In this document: piece by piece, positions 37,422-49,145 of the stretch
How the letters are laid out: each line of letters opens with the position of its first letter
Position numbering within the stretch: position 1 is the stretch's first letter
Source of the DNA: Styela clava
Taxonomy: Eukaryota
Assembly (NCBI RefSeq): GCF_964204865.1
Contig: NC_135260.1
Coordinates: 15,314,001-15,378,000 of the forward strand
Reading direction: 5' to 3'
DNA length: 64,000 nt
Notes under the pieces: model-generated
What the model was told of the DNA's origin: nothing
Seen by the model: only the letters and a program-made list of their open reading frames with translations
Databases searched by the model: none
Translations under genes and position numbers: made by a program

Positions 37422-37818
37422 ATGGTTAAACGTTGTGCATATGGTATTTGCCAGTCTGACAATCGGTACCCCTGCCGGACAAATGGGGTAGGATTTGTGC
37501 CTTTTACGAAACCACATATCGACCGACCGCCAAAAAGCAATGAGGTGGATGAAGGCATGCAACAGGCCTCACAGTCAATTCAATCTGGGAAAAATCACCA
37601 GAACTTACTTGTGTACCAAGATAGGCCAACATTTAAATTGTTTTCGATACCTATGATATATTCTATATAGGCTATATGTTAATTCTTATATGAAATACAT
37701 TTTTATACAAGCAATGCGTTCCATTATGCATTTCAGCATTTTCATTGAGGCGATGGACCAACTGATGAATACCAGATTCTTGCCGCCCAACAAAAAAAAA
37801 ACACCATCAAATTGTGAG
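37422..37818 (+). pseudogene. THAP zinc-finger domain remnant (two exons)
   Basis: MVKRCAYGICQSD...FVPFTKP, then (after a 4-nt duplication frameshift) KAMRWMKACNRPH...YLCTK; an intron with a mutated donor; then HF(H*)GDGPT. This gives the C2CH signature with conserved P, W and F. Confidence 0.75.
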
Positions 37819-39822
37819 GTAAGGATTACATTTACCATGATTTGATTTTTTGATTATACACTTGTCAAAAACTTATTTGTTCGCATAGGCATCGCGAAGA
37901 CATCCAGCCAGATCCCTCTACAGCCACATAACACAGAGACAAGCGATTGTGATAAAAATGAGGCAGGCTCGTCAAAGATCCTCCAGGATCTGTCACTGGA
38001 TACTTCATTTAATTCAGAGATAATCTGACAAAAGTGAGGGAGGATTGTCAGGGATTCAACCAGATCTATCCTCGGACTCTTTAGTTGAAACCAAAGTGAC
38101 TATAACACAAGTGAGGACTTGCGTTGGTACCAGTTCAAATAATACCTGCTTTTTTGTTCTGGATCAAGGGTCTCCGACTCAAAATACGTCACGGGCCACT
38201 TTATGAAATATATCGGCGACGTAGGCCACAAACCAACAAATTAGGTACAAAATTGATACAAAAAAAAATAACAAAAGGAATCTGAATATATTTGTTGAAA
38301 TTATATTTGAATCTTCCACAAAACGAGACATGAAACATATTTATTTACTTATGCTGGATATTTGGCACCGTTTTGTAGCGATGAAACCTGATGTTTGGCC
38401 TTATTTTGCGTTGGTTTGCTAGTATTAAGACAGCACGCAAACGCTCGTCTGTTAGTCGTCTGATTTTTTAACTTTAATTGTTGAAACACAAAATAATGCA
38501 GCTTTTACTTCACAGGCCTCCAACGTACACCCTTTAATAAAGCTTCATTCAACGAAAGAACGCGACTATTTCGCAATCATCTCACTTATGGCAAAGCTTG
38601 CTTTCACTGAAGCATCACAAGTTTTGTTTATGTCTGAAAAATGCCTTAGGTTAATGGCGTTTCACACTTTCGAGGGAAAGCGACATGTGGTTTTCATAAG
38701 AAACGCAGAGTTGCTACGTTGCAACGTAATTGCGAAACGTCGTTGCGTAACGAAGTAATTAGGGAACTTCGTTGTTAAACACAAGTTCGCGCAGCGGACA
38801 AGTGAAGGAGAACATTGAATAAAATAGCTCATAAAATTTTACTGGTGCACGATAAATTCAATCTAATGATACCATTCGAAACAAGGTCCAGGTTGAAACA
38901 AGGACAAATCGAAGTTTTGTTGTTCAATTCAAAGACTTTTCAAAAAAATTTCACGCTCTTCAATTTTGCCGATTTTTGTACGTTAATCGCAACATTTTAT
39001 CTCCATCTCATAATTTGTCTCCTAGGACCTAGATTGTCTCAATATAATACAAGGTTCGTGAGATATGAGGTTTTAGAGTTGCATAACTCACACGGGAAAA
39101 TAAGATAAATAACTAGCGCAACTTTCACGAAACCGCATGAAACCAGTATTGTTCCAATAGGCAAATAGAAAAAGAAAAATGCTAAACTTACTTAGGGGGA
39201 AATATAAGACAGTAACAAACTCCAAACAAATTGACGAACGAATTCTGATTAGCAGACTGACGAAGCTAAAACAAACAGAGGCTGCGCGATTCGTCAGACC
39301 CAAAGTGGCTTCCGATATGCATTCTTGTCTCCACTTGTATTATAGTCACTTTGGTTGAAACTACCTCAAGTGCCGCTGATGAAAATGAGAGCGCTCTGTC
39401 CAAAGCGAGTCAGACAACAGAAAAATGTAAGCAAGCATCATCATTTTATTTTGGTTCTCTGGCATGAAACAACACAAAAAGTGAACAAACAAACAAAATG
39501 CAGAGAAAAATTGAAGTCAAGCATAAATTAAAATATAGTTGAAAAAGTACGCGCCTACTCACCAAAATAAGAATTAATAACAATAAAAGCACACAAAAGA
39601 ATCAAAAAGATTCAGAATCGGGCAGCACCTAATAACACATACTTCTAGCATTGGTGTCATACTTGCTGACTGTAAAAATGATAAATGAAGAAAAAAAATT
39701 AATATTGAAGTCTTGGGACTTCATGCAAAATCTTTTACAATTTATTGGCGATAAAATGATGGTACTTTATAAAGGATGCTTTGCATGCGTGCCATGTCCG
39801 TTGTGACCCTGGTGATTGCAAT

Positions 39823-39902
39823 ATCGTTTTTTGTATGTACTACAAGGTCACATCTGACAATGATCGTTTTTTGTATGTACTACAAAGTCACATCTGACAA
39901 TG
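39823..39902. repeat. 40-bp tandem duplication
   Basis: ATCGTTTTTTGTATGTACTACAA(G/A)GTCACATCTGACAATG twice, one mismatch. Confidence 0.95.
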
Positions 39903-40631
39903 AGGTAGTGCTCAGTGAACGCAATTCTTCTATATTATCAGGAGATGAAACCAGGCAGCATTAATGAAGTAACTCAGTAGTAAAATCATTGTGATACATT
40001 ATGTCAGTGAATGGAATTGTGAAATAAATCTAATTCTATTATTTTGTTGCGCCTAAAAGCATATATTTGGTAGATATTTTTATCCTGTACAACGAGATAA
40101 TGTTTACGACCACGCTTGAAAATCTGTCTGAGTGAGAAAAGTGTTTGAGCGAAAGCGAAAAGAGAACATTGTTACGTCACTTTTTGCATCTTGCTGATTG
40201 GCCAATGTCACGAAGTAAACAAGGAAGTCGAGGTTCGGGGTAAGGTCCATAGGAATGTAATTTTGATATTTTTAAGGCAAATATTGAGAAAAATATGGTA
40301 CATTAACTTTCTCTAGAAAGCATTTTTATGTGTATAAGTGACCTATTTTGACCATGTTATATGAATACATGTGTTTAATAGCGATTGCTCGGCTGGTGAG
40401 TTGTCTCTCTCTCATTGCTCTGTAGTCGAGTTATCCTCCACTCCGAGCATCGACATCGCAGAGCGATGGCACAATTGGTGAGTCTGTTTGTCGAGCGACT
40501 GCTCGACATTGAGCGGTAGGCGACTTCAGACTAATGCGATCATAGACTACTAAGCCCACATTCATGAATATAAATGTGTTACTGGCACGTATATAGATTT
40601 TAATATATTTAAAAATACTTATTCAAAACAT

Positions 40632-40966
40632 GGCGCGGCGGTGTGGCTCAACGGGCTAAGCGTTAGGAATACGCTCGCCACCGCACCTCTAATTACTCTG
40701 CGTGGGTTCGCAGGTTCGAATCCCATGCAGGGATGGTTATGTGCGAGAGGATTGCTGGACTCCTCGCCGTCGTTGGGTGGTTCACGTAACCGCTGGTCAG
40801 TTACGGCTTCCTCCACCACCAAGTCCATGATTCCGAAAACAAACAATATAACTAATCCCATACCAGACTTGGAATGGTAACCGGACGAGAGGCCGTGGTT
40901 CGCCATATGGATAAGCCGTCTTATCGGCTTTGCCTCTCCCCCGGGATAAATATGTATATCCTATCC
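40632..40966 (+). mobile_element. tRNA-derived SINE, near full-length copy
   Basis: Box A TGGCTCAACGGG (40644-40655), box B GGTTCGAATCC (40713-40723); homologous copies at 47916-48207 and 61470-61775, fragments at 20405-20515, 21185-21283, 23250-23325 and about 29600-29675. Confidence 0.85.
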
Positions 40967-40994
40967 AATATCACAGTGACACAGTCGTTTAAGT

Positions 40995-42014
40995 CAGTGC
41001 TCCGCAATCTTTTTTAACTTGCGGCACACTTATAAAACTTGCCAAATTCTACGGCACACCCAACGACGGGCACACCACAACAAACGAAAAAAAACATAAC
41101 TTTGATTTATGTTCATATTTCAATGAGAGATTTGTGGTTGTTTCAATGAGTGTCAAGATTTATTGTTGTCAGGTATAATTACACATCTAAATAGACAGCA
41201 GTCCCAGACAAAGACGCCAGTGACAAGCGTATTCACGCTGCACGTCACTTCTCAATTATTGCGTCACAATCACTTTAATGGAAGTAAACGTAAACACGTC
41301 TGTAAAATCGCTCTATATTAGGATCAATACGTGAAAGAGCAACTCAAAGTTCGCCGTCAACATCTTCTATGCAGGATCGTTTATGATCAGTATTAAATAG
41401 AAAAAGCTTGTGCGCACATATAAGTTGTGCAAAACTGGAGAAATATTTCAATAGCTGCATTAGAAATGTGCTTATATTCTTCTTTTATTGAAATCCAAAA
41501 CCCATCACGTGGAATTTCAGCCTTAGCGTCCTGTCATTTCTTACGTCAAAAAAATTTTCTCGAATACCCAGGGATAATTCTTTCGTTGACATTTCAGCAC
41601 TAGTTGAGAAAGGATTTCGGTTCTCCAGTCGTATCGTTCATTGTTGATTGCGAAGAGGTGCTAAAAAATTGAGTGCTTTTTTGCCAAATTTGACACGAAA
41701 CCCTTTTCAACATTATCTTGATTTTTGAAGCTTCTTGAAAAGATTCCAGCCTTAACCCATTTTTTCTTGGAATCCATTTAACTTTTTGATATGTCAATAT
41801 GTTTTCGCTTACTCCCTATATTTTTATATTGAGCTCATTCATTTGTTCAAATACGTCATAATGTAAGCAAGTTTAGCGATCCAATGGTTGTCTTCAAAAT
41901 GATCATACAATTCATGCTTGTTGTGATTTAATAATAACTGCTTTCATTCGCTCCAAAGCTAAAATAGTTTTGCGAGTGAACTTTTCCGCGTGAAAGCCAT
42001 CGCACAGACGTATT
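40995..42014 (-). mobile_element. Buster/ZBED5-like hAT fragment with transposase 3' half
   Basis: CAGTGCTCCGCAATCTTTT end with GCGGCACAC motifs; minus strand gives SVRWLSRGK, WIAKLAY, FCTTYMCAQAFS and VALSRIDPNI. Confidence 0.75.
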
Positions 42015-42844
42015 TAGGGATGTAAGTTTCGAATATTTTATTTTCGAATCGAATTCCGAATCGCAATGTTCCGATTCGAATATTTCCGAATTTGATTCTA
42101 TTTAGTATAACATCATATTATCGTTAACTTTCCTTAAATTTGGAAGAACTATAGCATAAAGTGTGATAAGATATCAATATTGAACTTGAAGAATGAGTAT
42201 AGTTAGTAGAAAAACCCATTAAATTGTTGCATCAACTACCTAGTCCTAATATACTGGACAAGTTTTGTGTAGTTTGTATAGTGATCGTTTCTTCTAAAAT
42301 TAACTTTCAATATTCATCCAAATGATGAACGCCAGTGAAACATGCGTTAGTACCGTTTGCGCCGTATTTTTTGAGGAAAAAAAATGATACCGAGGGAAGA
42401 AATCACAGACCTATGTTCTAAATGAGGAATAATGTTGTTATTATAATGACATTACATAGGTAATTAATAGAAACGTTTATATAATGGTAGATTTGTAAAA
42501 CTTTTTTTTTTTAAATATCCTAAACAAACATTTTAAATAGCCTAAACAACATTGTTTCCTCGAAAGCTGTGACCAATGTAAAATACTCATAGTGTTCCGA
42601 CTCGGGAACGCTGTAAACATTGGGGAAATAAACGCTTTTGGTCGATGATGAGCTGAATTATAACAACCCCCCGGAGTGTTACGACTTGGGAACGCTTCAA
42701 ACGCGAGGAGAAAAACGCTTTTAGTCGATGTTGAGACTCGTCCCTGCATCGTGCAATCTCCGCGTGTTATCTAAATCAGGGCTTGCCGAACTGTTGAGCT
42801 CGCGGCACAGATGGTAATAAATAATTAAAGAAAATGTTTCCCTT

Positions 42845-42918
42845 TCTTCTGCGCTGTTTCGCGCTCTTCTGCGCTGTTTCCCCTCTCTTCTGCGCTGTTT
42901 CGCGCTCTTCTGCGCTCT
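42845..42918. repeat. 20-bp minisatellite (about 3.5 units)
   Basis: TTCTGCGCTGTTTCGCGCTC repeated. Confidence 0.85.
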
Positions 42919-43171
42919 ATTCAGTAAATAGTAAGACCGCATATAAACCACCAGACCACTGCACCCAGGTGGAGGCTAACTCGCCATGGGTAATTCGCCA
43001 TGCGACGGCGGTTAACGGGTTAGCCTGCAACTGTGCGAAGGCTTTATCAATGTGTCATTGCTACATTCAGACATTACGAACTGGATTTCCATAACTCTGA
43101 ATTAATCTTCCAAAATTCTGATCCAGGAACATTATACAGTGATAGGACTAGGCTATAAACAATTATTCAGG

Positions 43172-45907
43172 ATGTCTGCAAAAGTTTTTGATTTACAACT
43201 GTTGCTTGGAAGAGAAAATATAATGGGGAATAAACCGAAAGTCATGCTCGAATCTTTGGAAATGTCAGGAAAAAATATTTATGTTGGAGCTAATGACGGA
43301 TCTTTATATCATTTTTTATTGCTGGAAGATGTTGTTCAGAGCAATGCAAACAATTCAGCATCATCACCATTTCTCCAGGCACAAAAACGAGTTTCAACAA
43401 AGAAACCCATTTTACAAATCAAAGTTGCCACTGAATTAAAAAGTTTGTTGATCAATTCAGATGGTTTGATTCAAGTGTACAGTATGTTGGATTTAGCACC
43501 TTCATCTGCTTCAATTTTTAGTAAAATAAAAAATGTAAGTAGGTTTTATGTCAATGATCATCCTGTCCATGCCAACCCATTTACAGTTGAAGTTTGCGTC
43601 ACCTTCATAAAGAAGAAGACTGTTCAGCTCTTCCAAGTTCAAGAAGATAACATTGTATCTTTGAAAGAAATATCATTACCGGAACATCCTCGAAGCCTTG
43701 CTCTTGATGGTCATTTTATGTGCGTGGGAACAAGCTCAGGTTATTTTATGTTGAACATGGACTCTAATGCACGACAAGAGTTGTTACCTGCTGGCGAAAA
43801 CAAGCTATTTGTTCATCGTGTTGCGCCAGCTGAGTTTCTTCTTACTGCTCCAAATGCTCTCGGAGTTTTTGTTACATCCGCCGGAATCTCTCAACGTGCT
43901 CCTCTTCAATGGTCGACAGCAGTACGACAAGCATGTTTTATACATCCATATGTAGTTGCAATGGATGATGAATTTATCACTATCCATAGTATTGTTGATC
44001 AGCAACAAAAACAGACTATACCATTTCAAGGTGGTCTAACCATGTTAAAAAGTGGTGGGAAGGTTCTTGTTTGTACCACAAAAGACATATTTGCTCTTAA
44101 TCTTATTCCATTTGACAAACAAATTGCTGATTTATTAAATGAAAAAAGAGTCGAACAAGCTATGGAACTAGCGAAAGAATGTCGAAAATGTGTACCTAGA
44201 CAACAATTTTATGAGATGATGCAGACAACATACAGAAAGGCTGGATTTGTGCATTTTAAAGAACTTAAGTTCGAAGAAGCGGAAGCCATGTTTGACGATG
44301 GAAAAATAGATATTAGAGAAATTATTTCCCTATATCCTACAGTACTTCCTATTGACTCAAATTTTGTTCGTAATGTCCCACCTTATCATGACATAGCCAA
44401 TGTTATTGAGATGTGTTCCAGATCTGACGATTACATTGCAAGGTGCTATAATTTTTTAGCGTCTTACTTACTCAAGCGCTCACTTGTACCAAGATTGTCG
44501 AATGACGAAAACAGAGAATCCAATCCATTTGGTGAGAAAACTTTGCAAGAAAATCCTCAATATCGTAGTGATATTTTTCGTTCTACCATAAAGGTGTTTG
44601 CTAAGCAGCATATGACAGACGACATACTATTACTTCTTCAAGGAGAGCATGAACCTGTATCAAAGTCTGTTATACAACGATCTTCATTTTTTTATGAGTT
44701 CAAGGATTACGCTGAAGAAATTTGTGAAGTCTTAGATGAATATCATTGCTTCCATGCCAAAGCTATGAATTACCTTTTGAATGATGATCTGGATAGTGCA
44801 ATGAATGAATGGAAAGAATTGTCAGAAGGTTTGAAGATAGATGTTGATTTCCCAAGCCTGTCATTTGTAGCTGAAATGCTTGGTCGATTTTGTACGAATA
44901 TAAACCAATTATGGAAACATGGTGAGTGGATTCTGAGTCTTGACCAAGATGTAGGAGTTTCGATATTTACGAAGCATACTTCACAGTTCAGTGATAATTT
45001 GATGACGACTGAGTCATCAAAATTGGGAATAAAAGCAGATGACATTATTGATTTCCTTCATCATTATCCCGGTCCTGTAGTAAGTTACTTAGAACATTTG
45101 GTGTTTGTTTGCAGGATACAAAAAGAAAAGTATCACACTCATCTTGCAGTTCTTTACCTGGATACTGTTTTGAAATTAAAAGAACAATCAGGAGATGAAG
45201 AATCTTTGGTTGCTGCGAGGCAGAGATTACAAAAACTTTTGAAAGTCTCAAATATGTACAGAATATCATTGATACTTAGTAAAGTGAGAGATACTGACTT
45301 GCACGCAGAAAGTGTTATTTTACATGGAAAATTGGGTGAACATAAGAAGGCTCTTGATTTACTTGTTAATCGAATGAAGGACCAAACGGCTGCCGAAGAA
45401 TATTGCATGGAACAAAGCACCGATCATGAAAGCAGAAAGTTATTATTTCAAAATTTACTTTCTGTTTATCTATCAAAAGTTTCATTGGATTCAAAGACTG
45501 GCAAATCCGCAATGGCTGTTGTTGATATTTTAAACAAGCATGCTGAGTATTATGATGCTCAAAGAGTATTAAATTTGCTTCCAAAAGCTTGGTCAATATC
45601 ACAACTCCAACAGTTTTTGAGTCGCACTGTACGACTGCGGATGTACAATCTACATACAAGTCATTTGCAGCTGATGCTCGAGAAATGTGAAAATAACAGC
45701 ACCAAAAAAGAAAATGTGAATCTGATGAACACTAGCGTTCGCATTTCGGAAGACAAAATTTGTCAAGTGTGCAATAGGCTGTTTCAAGATTCTGATTGTG
45801 TATTATACCCCAATGGTGTTGCAGTTCATACCCACTGTGGAAGTAATAAGTATGTTTGTCCTGTAACTGGCCAGTTATTCAAAACTCTTCCAATTCCTAA
45901 GCACTAA
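43172..45907 (+). CDS. TGFBRAP1: TGF-beta receptor-associated protein 1 (Vps3 homologue, CORVET subunit); CNH domain, Vps39/clathrin repeat, C-terminal RING-like; intronless CDS, 911 aa
   Basis: N-terminus MSAKVF...IYVGANDGSLYHFLL; LGVFVTSAGISQRAPLQWS; ITIHSIVDQQQKQTIPFQGG; QKEKYHTHLAVLYLD; C-terminal CQVC...YPNG..VHTHC. These match TGFBRAP1 rather than VPS39. Confidence 0.93.
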   Translation: MSAKVFDLQLLLGRENIMGNKPKVMLESLEMSGKNIYVGANDGSLYHFLLLEDVVQSNANNSASSPFLQAQKRVSTKKPILQIKVATELKSLLINSDGLIQVYSMLDLAPSSASIFSKIKNVSRFYVNDHPVHANPFTVEVCVTFIKKKTVQLFQVQEDNIVSLKEISLPEHPRSLALDGHFMCVGTSSGYFMLNMDSNARQELLPAGENKLFVHRVAPAEFLLTAPNALGVFVTSAGISQRAPLQWSTAVRQACFIHPYVVAMDDEFITIHSIVDQQQKQTIPFQGGLTMLKSGGKVLVCTTKDIFALNLIPFDKQIADLLNEKRVEQAMELAKECRKCVPRQQFYEMMQTTYRKAGFVHFKELKFEEAEAMFDDGKIDIREIISLYPTVLPIDSNFVRNVPPYHDIANVIEMCSRSDDYIARCYNFLASYLLKRSLVPRLSNDENRESNPFGEKTLQENPQYRSDIFRSTIKVFAKQHMTDDILLLLQGEHEPVSKSVIQRSSFFYEFKDYAEEICEVLDEYHCFHAKAMNYLLNDDLDSAMNEWKELSEGLKIDVDFPSLSFVAEMLGRFCTNINQLWKHGEWILSLDQDVGVSIFTKHTSQFSDNLMTTESSKLGIKADDIIDFLHHYPGPVVSYLEHLVFVCRIQKEKYHTHLAVLYLDTVLKLKEQSGDEESLVAARQRLQKLLKVSNMYRISLILSKVRDTDLHAESVILHGKLGEHKKALDLLVNRMKDQTAAEEYCMEQSTDHESRKLLFQNLLSVYLSKVSLDSKTGKSAMAVVDILNKHAEYYDAQRVLNLLPKAWSISQLQQFLSRTVRLRMYNLHTSHLQLMLEKCENNSTKKENVNLMNTSVRISEDKICQVCNRLFQDSDCVLYPNGVAVHTHCGSNKYVCPVTGQLFKTLPIPKH

Positions 45908-46913
45908 TCCACGAGTTAAAAGTAAATATATATCCACTAATTTAATTAATATTTATCTACATAATTTTGTAGGGCCATCTCATCAAGTTGTAATATATTC
46001 ATATTATAAACAAATAGCAGCAAATCATACTTCACAACAGATCTTTTGATTGATGTACAGTTGCGATCTGTGTAAAATTAGTAAGACCTGGCCTGGGTAA
46101 CTTGAAATATTAGACGATGGATACTTGATTGGATATAGAAACATTTTATAAAGAAAATACCATTGGAATCAAACTATTTTATCCATATTACAAATTTATT
46201 TGGTTCATTTCAAGCTTGATAAATATTTGTGAATGAGTTTCTTAGACGCTGAATGTACTAGTATTTTCCAATCAAACCTTTCATATTGTTGATTTTAATA
46301 TCTTTCTAGCAGATATATTTTTAAATTTATGACAACATTATGTAGAAAATACCAATCTAATAATATGCATTACCTTGGTTTTTGATCGGCTATAAATAGT
46401 TTCCAAATAGTATAATATATTAATATAAAAAATTTGAATCGGTTTGATTTGTAAAATCGATATATTATTGTGATCTATAATTTGAATTCATCAGTGTTAT
46501 GGTATTCCACACTAGTAAATCTGCGAAGTAAAGTATTCTGTGAGAAAAGTTCAATATAGCTCTCTTGCATCAATATGCAGATATAGGGAAAAATTTTTAA
46601 AAATTTTTTTTTTTGGGAAAGTTTTTCATTTGCAATTCCAAGATTGAATTTGGCCTCACTCTTTCTAAAGTGTAATCCGATAACACAACAGTAGTGCTCA
46701 TACTACCAATTTTTATATATTCAAATTAATGTTGAAGTCTAGAAAAAGAGGTTCAGGCCTGTATTGACATAAAGGCTGCATCAACTAGTGGGGTTGTTTG
46801 TATTTTTCTAGTTAAAACAAGAAAGTAAACTTATTTCATTCTAGTTGGAGCTGCAGGCCGATCACAATGCTGAGTTAAATTGGAACAAATGTTTGAATTG
46901 TTTCTATCTAGAT

Positions 46914-47337
46914 TAGGGTGGTCCAAACCCAGGCCCGCGGGCCACATGTGGCCCGCCGCTCCATTATCTGTGGCCCGCGTCGCATTTTCGGAAGAGTAAA
47001 CAAAAAATCCCGTTTGGTGTAGTTTCACCATAAAAATAACCAGAAAATACCACAATGCTCTGGTTGGTGACAATCTAAAACGGCATTTTGTCCCTGTGAC
47101 ACTTTCTCCGTTATGAAGAGTTTGAAATCTTACACTGAATGTCGATATAGTAAGATTTTTGCAGGTTTAAGTGAGTTTTTTAGTGGATTTTGCATGTTTC
47201 AGCTTGATAAATGACACATAATGATAAGTGTTTGGACAATGAAAATGTTTGTTTTATATTCAGTGTTTACCTATTGTGACCCTAGAGATACAAAAATAAA
47301 GTGTGGCCCGCGAGGCCGACAACCTTGGACAACCCTG
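46914..47337. mobile_element. hAT (SPIN-like) MITE downstream of TGFBRAP1
   Basis: TIR TAGGGTGGTCCAA / TTGGACAACCCTG; GGCCCGCGGGCCACATGTGGCCCG subterminal motif; degenerate TSD ATCTAGAT vs TTCTGGAT. Confidence 0.75.
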
Positions 47338-47915
47338 TTCTGGATCCTAGATATAGATTGCTATATGTTGGTAACTACTTAAATTTGAGTGTGTGTTTTA
47401 TGCTTATACATCACCCTTTGAATTGTATTTGTGATTGGCACTTCACACACTTGTAACTGTAATCAAAACTTTAAGTTTGTTGTGGGATCTATAAGTAATA
47501 TGACACTCAATAATTCTCAATGGATGTGAATTAATTTGTTTTGGGAATGAGTTCCCTGATGGTTTTGTTTTCCTTTTTTATAATATCATGTGCAATAAAT
47601 AATTTCAAAATTTAAAACAAGCAAATTATTTGTACAAAACAGAGTTGATTAGTGTGTGTAAATAAGGCTCTGGCTGTATAGGCGAATTGACTAGCTTCCG
47701 AGAGCCAAGATGACATTAAATCAATCATTTTAAAAAAATAGTTTAGGGCTTAAAACTCTTCAAATTTGAAGCTTCACAAGCTTTTGTAACTCGTTCGTAT
47801 TTTCTAAAAAGCTCGTTCGAGTATTTTTGATGTGTTTAGCGGCTGGTATCTAGTAGGATGTTGACGAAATTTCAAACTCGGTTTTTCCAGGATTTTGTCT
47901 ATTTCAATGAGGGGC

Positions 47916-48207
47916 TTTATCGCTGGGGGGAGGGAAAGTAGATAGGACGTCCTAATCATACGACGAACCACGACCTCTCGTCCGGTTACCAGTACATGTC
48001 GGATATAGGATTTGTTTCAGATGCATGGACTTGATAGGGGAGGAAGGCGTGCCCGACCAACGTTTACGTAGACCAACCTGCAACGGCGAGGAGTACAGCA
48101 TTTCTGTCGCACATAATTATCCCTCACGGGATTCGAACTCACACAGGGTAATCAGAGGTACGGTGGCAAGTGTACCGGTATTCCGATCCTTAGCACGATG
48201 CGCCACA
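47916..48207 (-). mobile_element. tRNA-derived SINE copy (diverged)
   Basis: Reverse complement aligns with 40632-40966, including box B. Confidence 0.8.
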
Positions 48208-49145
48208 ATCCTCCAGAATAGAGGTTCTCAAACATTTTGCATAACGGTCGCCTCACAATTTTTTTGATGACTCGCGGTACACTAAAGAATTCAGAATAGC
48301 AACATGTTATATCAAGCATTCATTTAGTGTATATATGTCATTAGTATAGTCAATCAATCAATTTTATTTGATCACTCTGATACAAACAAAACAGCAACAA
48401 AGCGCAGGGGTGGGCAACCCCTGGCACGCGTGCCAAACTTGGCACGCGAGCCCATTTGTTCGGCACGCGAGCGAGGGCTCGGAAAGTTTCAATACTCTTA
48501 AATATTTGATGAAAAACTCGGTGTTCGTTTATTCATTATCATTTTTTAATAATCCGTTATTTTTTAAACTGTTTTTGTCCTCTGATTGGGATGCCAGCCC
48601 AAAAATCTTTTGTGTTTTAAAAACTTACTCTCCATGTTTTCATCTACATCAGTGTTTCCCAAACTTTTTTCTGCCAGCGCCCCCTTTGACGACTTTTTAA
48701 CTAGCAAGCGCCCTCCCTGACATACGAAGTCAAAGCAACTTTATTTTCCATTTATCATTAATTTAATGTGAAGGTTGAGTCTAGTGAAATATCGCCTGCT
48801 TGATAATATCCAACAACAGTCTTGAGTCTCGTCTGACGCTTCCAGAAAATCTCTCTTGATGTGTAAAAGTACGGTCACTGCAATAAATACATATTCTACC
48901 AAGAATGAGCTGGCAAGAGCAATAAAAAAACTTTTGACCCGATTTAACACGTAAAGATATTTTAATTTGACTCTGTTGCAAAAAAGATGAAACACTGAGC
49001 ATGGGTTTGAAAGTATGAACCCAATGGTAGTGGTGCATTTTCCCTTAGAAATTCAGGGTATCTAGAAAACGGAAACCAAAAATTTCTTAACTATCTCCAA
49101 AAATATTATTTAATCTTCCGTAATCTTCCGCAAAAAATAAATTTA

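Larger units (their letters stand above)
36939..40248 (+). mobile_element. Decayed ISL2EU-like element carrying a THAP-domain pseudogene, with nested fragments
   Basis: AT-flanked ends AGACCTTTCCCCGA / TCGGGGTAAGGTCC; internal THAP exons; nested hAT end near 38165. Confidence 0.55.

Noticed and set aside
40632-40730. Genuine tRNA gene
   Set aside because: Box spacing too long, no cloverleaf acceptor stem, and it continues into a dispersed repeat body; it is a SINE head.
40755-40825. HDV-like ribozyme (GAC-TCCTCGCC-GTC resembles P3/L3, followed by a P4-like hairpin)
   Set aside because: No adequate P1 or P2 partners; TCCTCGC pairs better with upstream GCGAGAGGA, and other copies break the P3 pairing.
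32777-45659. Numerous short ORFs overlapping NGLY1 and TGFBRAP1 in other frames or strands
   Set aside because: Shadow ORFs of the real genes with no independent motifs.
9701-45907. Functional TGF-beta cluster (BMP3-like plus TGFBRAP1)
   Set aside because: TGFBRAP1 is mainly a CORVET tethering subunit, and unrelated genes lie between; nothing in the sequence supports co-regulation.
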